A DNA stretch of 64,000 nucleotides from Octopus vulgaris. Its lineage: Eukaryota. A program made the position numbers and the translations under genes. The notes below the pieces were generated by a model, which did not search any database, was not told the DNA's origin, and saw only the letters and a list, made by a program, of their open reading frames with translations. Below, one piece after another: positions 56,350-64,000 of the stretch (positions are counted from its first letter, which is position 1; each line of letters opens with the position of its first letter). The stretch is from NCBI GenBank assembly GCA_951406725.2, contig OX597817.1, forward strand, positions 129,890,001-129,954,000, given 5' to 3'.

Positions 56350-57396
56350 TGCTTCGTTGGTGAGTTACCATTGTTGTCTTTTTGTGCCTTTTCCTTTAGA
56401 GACGGCGTTTTGTTCAGCCGGTCAACTAGACACGGTTCTAACTAACTGACTTTGGCTTACGGAGTTCTTGTTTTTATAACTATCCAAAACCAGCCAGATT
56501 TCGTTGGCGGTCTCTTATCTCTATTCTAGCTTTTTGTGGCCTAGAAGAGTTTAGAAGGGTCAAGTGGCAAAAACATTATTCTGCTTAGTGAAGGCATCTG
56601 GCAAACGTAACTGCTGTCACTCAAAGAAAAACTATTGTTTTACCGTGAGAAAAGTGGTGTTGAACTGTTAAGTAAAATTTGGCTGTCGAGGATCGAATCC
56701 ACGCCATGCCTGCCTGAAGCCACTACATCACTGCGCCTCCAGAAAGGTTCCGAGAAACGGAAACGAACAATCGAGGAAGAGAAAGAAAGAGGATCATTGA
56801 AGTGTATACGGGACAGGTATTTATTTACCGTCACTTTGTATATATCTAAAACCACGACAGCTTGTTATGTATAACTAGTAAGTAGAAAAGCAAGCGAGGT
56901 AAAAAGAGCTAATTTTCGCCGGTATGTGTGTACACGATCTCATAGTAGTATATATAGAGAGATATAGCAATGTTACAGAGAAAATAAAGTGAATTAGCGA
57001 AGGTGTGCTTCGTTGGTGAGTTACCTTTGTGCCTTTTTCTTTAGAGACGGCGTTTTGTTCAGCCGGTGAGCTAGACTCAGTTCTCTCTAACTGACTTTGG
57101 CTTACGGAGTTCTTGTTTTTATAACTATCCAAAACTAGCCAGAAGGATAGACATATTGAGAACAATGGATTTCGTTGTCGGTTTGTTATCTCTATTCTAG
57201 CTTTTGGTGGCCTAGAAGAGGTTAGAAGAGTCAAGTGGCAAAAAGTGGATTTTGTTGGCGGTGGCATCTGGTAGATGTAACTGCTGTCACTCACAGAAAA
57301 ACTATTGTTTTACCGTGAGAAAAGTGGTGTTGTACTGTTACGTAAAATCTGGCTATCGAGGATCGAATCCACGCCATGCCTACATGAAGCGACTAC
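56350..57396 (-). mobile_element. Two direct copies (56350-56740 and 57006-57396) of a ~390-bp element with a tRNA-like head (SINE family D)
   Basis: High mutual similarity; minus head ggaggcgcagTGATGTAGTGG...GGATTCGATCC resembles A and B boxes. Confidence 0.7.
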
Positions 57397-57413
57397 ACAC
57401 ACACACACACACG

Positions 57414-57479
<66 letters not shown>

Positions 57480-57859
57480 AACACGCGAAACTTCCTCCAC
57501 ACTATGGCAAGAGAAATTGTGAACAATGGTAACTTTATTGTCTTCATTTCTCCCTTGTTTTTCTCCCTTTTAACTCAGTATGACTGAAACTTCGATGATA
57601 TTTATTTCTTGTCGATCACTACTAACACTAATGAACTTTGTACGTTTAAACAAGCTGATGCACACTTTTTATATTATTAACTGTTATGAACATTTAAACT
57701 TGTCAACATTGAAACTTTAAAACATGTTTTTCTAATACATAATTCTAAATTTTTACCATTGATAAACAAAAACATATCATAAATAATTATATTTTTTAAA
57801 ATTACAAGTTTTTCAAATTTAGGTGCATTATCAACAATAAATTTGCTTTTATATATATT

Positions 57860-58056
57860 CTTTATTTTCTCTCCTTATTTCTTTCTGTGAAGGAGCGTAG
57901 GCTCGAAATGTTAAAGACTTTTTCACTTCTCGAGCATTAAACTAATACATCTATTTGTTGTCTGCACCACCTGTCTTAGTCTTTTTTTTTTTTTTTTTGT
58001 GAATTCTCCCCTATATACATACATACGTACATACATACATACATAATACATATTAT

Positions 58057-58108
<52 letters not shown>

Positions 58109-58257
58109 TTTCTCTCCTTGTTTCTCTCCTTGTGTCCCTTTCTGTAGAAGAGCATAGGCTCGAAACGTAAAAGACTTCTATTACTGAGCGTTGTACTAAT
58201 ACATCTGTTTGTTTTGTACACCACCTGTCTTCGTCTTTTGTTTTTTTCGTAAACTCT

Positions 58258-58260
<3 letters not shown>
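57860..58260 (+). mobile_element. Two tandem Penelope family 1 pLTR remnants, each with an HHR motif (57881-57916 and 58138-58173)
   Basis: CTTT-CTGTGAAG-GAGC-GTAG-GCTC-GAAA-TG-TT-AAAG and CTTT-CTGTAGA-A-GAGC-ATAG-GCTC-GAAA-CG-TA-AAAG; separated and followed by (TA)/(TACA)n. Confidence 0.8.
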
Positions 58261-58313
<53 letters not shown>

Positions 58314-58337
58314 TACATACATACATACATACATACA

Positions 58338-58425
<88 letters not shown>

Positions 58426-58565
58426 CATACATACATACATACATAAATACATACATAAATACATACATACATACATACATACGTATATATGAATACATGC
58501 ATGGATACATACATTGATACATATGAAAATGTATTATTCTAGAAATATTCTATCACCACCACTTC

Positions 58566-58606
<41 letters not shown>

Positions 58607-58953
58607 ACGACGACATGAAGTTGGTTCTAGTTTGCACACTTCTGTCCACACAGACAGACATAAACTGTTATTTAGAGAAGGCCAGGTCAGGTCAGTATTT
58701 AATGTAGAACATGTCTTCGTCTAATTGTTTCATATCACTGTGTTTCTGTGTAATTAAGCACGTTGCTCATTGATATTTGTTTGCATACATCTATATGTAT
58801 ACGCCCTCCAGCTTACTCCAATCTGTATAATGGTGTGTGTGTGCCTTTGTACACAGAAAATATACATACATATAATTGTAATCATATATGTATTTATGTA
58901 TGTTTGTATGTATGTATGTATGTATGTATTAACTATCTATCTATTTATCTGTG

Positions 58954-59040
<87 letters not shown>

Positions 59041-59051
59041 TATATATTGTA

Positions 59052-59085
<34 letters not shown>

Positions 59086-59252
59086 CATATATATATATAT
59101 ACATACAATATATATATGTATAAAGGGTATATATGTATAAAGGGTATATATATATATATATATATATATATCATAAAAAAGAGAGGGACAATTAGATCAA
59201 GGCAATCATGTGTGTATATGTGTGTAAAGGCACACATACAGAGAGAACCACA

Positions 59253-59301
<49 letters not shown>

Positions 59302-59686
59302 TCACAATATACACCTATGCATGCATACATGCACGCTTATATCTATGTATATATGTATGCGTGTATGTATATAGCTGCACATGCACATACACCTCTCACG
59401 CCACACACACGCATTTGATATGTATGTCTGTGCGTAGACATATATAATTACACACGGTTTTATGTGCATGTATATGTATGCACACACATCCACGCTTCAC
59501 TATACACGAAAATGTACTGCATATAGAGATATAAGACTACATATGAATTGCTATATGTATCATTGTACGTTGATATCATTAGATAAAGAATACCCTGAAG
59601 CGCATACGTGACATACACATGCTTAGACAAATGCGGGCACATATAAAATGTACAGAGGTATACACACTCTGATATACATACATACA

Positions 59687-59720
<34 letters not shown>

Positions 59721-59778
59721 CATGTACACATATACACATTTATATATATTCATATATATATACATATGTATATACATA

Positions 59779-59822
<44 letters not shown>

Positions 59823-59842
59823 CGCGTATACATATGCATATA

Positions 59843-59891
<49 letters not shown>

Positions 59892-61026
59892 TTATATATA
59901 ATATATATATTTATACATGTATATATATCTTCATATAATTGTGTGTATGTTTCTCTGTGCGTGTGTGTGTGCGCGCGCGCGCGCGTTTCCCAGTATGACT
60001 TGGAGCGATTTATGTATAGCAAGGAGACATAATAGAAAATTAGAGAGAAGAAAGTTTCCAATCATTCTTACATTAGTCTTTCCTCTCTCTCTCTCTCTAA
60101 CTCTCATATTCTCACTCCTGTTCTACGTTTGTTTCTTTTCCCTCGCCTTCTTCGTGCCTTCTTCTTACGTACACGTTGTCTTCACATATGCAGAGGGATA
60201 CGTAAGTTCATATGCATCTATTTCCAAAATATACACCATACACCATACATACATAAATACATACATACAAATATACATACATACACATATACATACATAT
60301 ATAAATGAGATATATGTGTCATTACTTGTGCTGTTTCACATGATAATCGGTTGACTATACACGAACATTTTCGTATACAGTCTGAGCATTACCTACCACA
60401 CACACGCATACGCACACAAATAATCACACAAACACACATAATTACACACACATACAAGGTTTGGAGAACATACCCAGTGACGTCTGTTGCATGAAAACGA
60501 AATAGTAAAGTGGGCGTTGTCATATTTGATGCGATGAGCCAACAAACTTAAGTAAATTTTTATTACATACATAGTATGCAAACAAAATTTATATGTATGT
60601 GTATGTATGTTGTTACGTACTCCAGCATGGCCGCAGTCAAATAATTGAACCAAGTAAAGGAATATATATATATATATTACTTTAGATATTTATGCGAATG
60701 CATGTTCATATGTGTGTGCGTGTATGTGTCTTATAACAGAGTCATAGAAAAGACAGAAATATCGATGTAGAATTCGAGAGGTGCATTGACAGATGCATGG
60801 ATCGATTGGTAAATACACGCATGTACATAAGTATACACCTGTATATTCATTGATGCATACACCCATTCATCCACAAGCAAATATGTACGCTTGTGCATGT
60901 GCATGTATGTGCGTGTGTGTGTGTGTGCGTGTGTAAATATAAATGAAGAGATAGTGAACAATGTCGTTAGTCGGGGACAAAGCATAGAGGAGAGGTTAAT
61001 AAAAGAGAGCAGGATATATGTGTGTG

Positions 61027-61071
<45 letters not shown>

Positions 61072-61166
61072 TATGTATGTATATATATATATTTACATAT
61101 GTAAGTATATATGTATATATAAATATATATATACATATATATGTATGTATATATATAGATATAAAT

Positions 61167-61201
<35 letters not shown>

Positions 61202-61284
61202 TAGATATATGTATATATATATATGTATATATGCACATATGTATGCATACACGATTATACATACATATATATTTACATATATGC

Positions 61285-61333
<49 letters not shown>

Positions 61334-61698
61334 CATTATAGTGTAATGCAGGGAGTTCTGTGAGACATATATGGAATACAATAGTGCAGATAATATTTAC
61401 AGAGAGGATCCTGGTCGATTAACCAATTTACAGGCGCCTGCTAAGTATATATGCATTTACGTTGTTGCTGGTCTCTATCAGTGCATTAGTACACACACGC
61501 GCGCGCGCGCGCACAAACACGTACATACACGCATACAGATGCATAATTGTATTTATGTATCCTTTACTTTTTCTATCTTTACTATATGTTCACCAGCCTC
61601 CGAATATGTAGGGGCTTATATATACATATAGATATGCTTGCATACATACATATACACACACACACATACATGCATGCATACATACATACATACATACC

Positions 61699-61763
<65 letters not shown>

Positions 61764-61894
61764 GCATATACATGCACATGTCTTCATGCAAATACGCATA
61801 CATACGCACACATATATACACAGTTTGTGTGTATATATATATGTATGTATCTATGTATGTATGTATATAAATATATAATATATAATATGTATAG

Positions 61895-61940
<46 letters not shown>

Positions 61941-62110
61941 ATGCATATTATATATATTTATATGTGTGTGTGTATGTATATAGAACACACACACATATAT
62001 ATATATATATATACAGAGATAGATATACATATATAATTTACACTCGCATACATACACACGCACATTTACACAACCACTCATACACACATACACACAACAC
62101 AACACATATA
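58261..62110. repeat. Extended microsatellite and degenerate TA-CA field
   Basis: Directly visible. Confidence 0.85.
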
Positions 62111-62566
62111 TGTATTAGAAACATAATGATGCAACGTTATCGATCTTTTTGTCCCTCATTATCTCACGATTCTATCCAGTATGGAAGCATGCGTGTTGTG
62201 CTTTGCAAAGACATGTTTCTCATATAGGCTTAAAGCTTAGAAATATATGAGAAAGGCTATTGTATTATGCTTCACGTGTACAATGGAGGTGTAGTTTTTC
62301 TGTAATGAAATTTGTAAAATAGCAAATAGAAACATTCTTGACTCGGACAAGGCTTTTACTTGTAGCTGGCTATTGAAAGTGGGTTATTCAATAAAGAAGA
62401 CAAGATAGGAATTATTTCAGTTATTTGGAGAGGCAGACGGTGCCTGCTATGCAATTGCTGCCCATGTAACAACGTTACCATCTTATTTATATGCGCACGA
62501 ACTTTCATGATATATTTATTTACATACATTCATACAAAGATGTGTACTTACACGCGCGCATATACA

Positions 62567-62629
<63 letters not shown>

Positions 62630-62649
62630 CTTTATATACATATACCAAT

Positions 62650-63185
62650 GTCCCACAGCCCAAACCGCCACACCACACGTCACCACACACCACCACACCA
62701 CATAACACCACACCACTCCACACACACTAGCACTGACCACTTCCCAGCACCCACACCACATACCATTGTCTGCACACCCACACATCATCATCCACGCATT
62801 ACAGACGCACACACTTGCACACTTACACACACATCCACACGTTAAAGCCACTAGCCCCTATCCACGCACACACTCAAACGCACTCACACACTCTCACATA
62901 CACACACGCACGCGCACCTTCGTTTTGGGATCACCAGTACTTTATTGTCTGCTCTTCTTCCTAGTTTTCCCGTCAAGCTATGTTTTCCCAACCAGTTGGC
63001 ATGATTCTTCATTAAATTCACAAATTTTTTTATGCCCTCTCTGTTTATTTCCTCATATTCCTTTCTGTTGACGAGCTTAGGCTCGAAAAGTGAAAGACTT
63101 TCTCACTTTCCCGAGCGTCAAACTAATAAATACATCCGCTTGTTTTCACACACCTATTTTCGCCTTTTGTTTTTCAGTAAATTTC

Positions 63186-63190
<5 letters not shown>
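62650..63190 (+). mobile_element. Penelope family 1 3' UTR plus pLTR (HHR motif 63061-63096) between (TA)n tracts
   Basis: Matches 13100-13597 (cacactagcactgaccacttcc; ccttcgttttgggatcaccagtactttatt). Confidence 0.85.
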
Positions 63191-63216
<26 letters not shown>

Positions 63217-63294
63217 GGCAAACATTTATGCACGTATGTATGTATATATAAATATATGTGCGCGCGTGCGTGTGGTACTATATTTACAATACGA

Positions 63295-63668
63295 TGTTTG
63301 CCTCCAAACACATGGTTCCAGTTTTAGTCCCTATTGAGTAGTACCTTGGGTATCTTCTTTTGTAGCCTCGGGCCGACCAAAGTCTTCTGAATGGATTTGG
63401 TAGAGGGAAACTGAAAGAAGCCTGTCATATTGTATCCATATATCTACGTGGATTTTTTTGGTCTGTATTGTCACCTACCAGCGCTTTGACAACAGGTGTC
63501 GGTGTGTTTACGTCCCTGTAACTTAGTGGTTAGGCATAAGAGAGCACAGAATAAGTAACAATCTTAGAAAAATGTACTTTAGTCGAATAATTGAACTGAA
63601 ATTCCTCATGGCGGTGCCCCAGCATGGCCGCAGTTTAATGACTGAAGCAAGTTAAAGATGAAAGATAA
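63295..63668 (+). mobile_element. SINE family A, diverged
   Basis: tagcctcgggccgaccaaag...ggcggtgccccagcatggccgcag tail. Confidence 0.75.
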
Positions 63669-64000
63669 AAAACATATTCAATATATACCTACATATGTAT
63701 ATTGCATATGGACACAATATGGTTGTTTGTTTGCGCGTACGTATAAGTTTCCGGAGGAAAGCGGCAAGCAGGTAGAATCGCCAGTATAGAAAATCTTGCA
63801 GTATTTCGTCTGGAACTTTACTTTTTGAGGACAAATCCTATCTTCGTCAAGTTTGCTTTTCCTTATTCCGAGTCGATAAGCAAATTAAGTACTGTTTTAA
63901 GTGTAGCAAACAATACAGCTTACGGTTATGCGCGGAATATCAAAATCACGTGACTCAGTATAAGTTAGCAAGTAGAATAAGTATTTTCTTAATTCTTCAA

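Noticed and set aside
56681-56740. Possible tRNA gene
   Set aside because: Too short for a cloverleaf and lacks an anticodon arm; treated as a SINE head.

Overview
Eukaryotic, AT-rich, very microsatellite-rich intergenic or intronic DNA. The SINE sequences match my recollection of octopus repeats, but that was not checked against a database. I found no intact host gene, rRNA, true tRNA or CRISPR array, and most ORFs in the track are translated (TA)n, (CA)n, (TACA)n, (TAGA)n or trinucleotide repeats. The interpretable content is mobile-element debris: two Penelope-like retroelement (PLE) coding fragments, five or more R4/Dong-type RLE LINE fragments near (TAA)n, a young 5'-truncated L1/Tx1-type LINE with a 12-bp TSD, a deleted Gypsy-like LTR element with a tRNA-Trp PBS, two DD37D Tc1/mariner remnants, a hAT MITE, a foldback MITE and at least four tRNA-SINE families. 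The most notable signal is ten minimal type-I hammerhead ribozyme (HHR) motifs in PLE terminal-repeat remnants beside (TA)n. They fall into four families with non-canonical cores, in which the catalytic 3:8 base pair appears as C-G, U-A and A-U. There are also long palindromes, one centred on what looks like an HHR stem III, and a decayed ~1.75-kb unidentified reading frame. Coordinates of degenerate elements are approximate.
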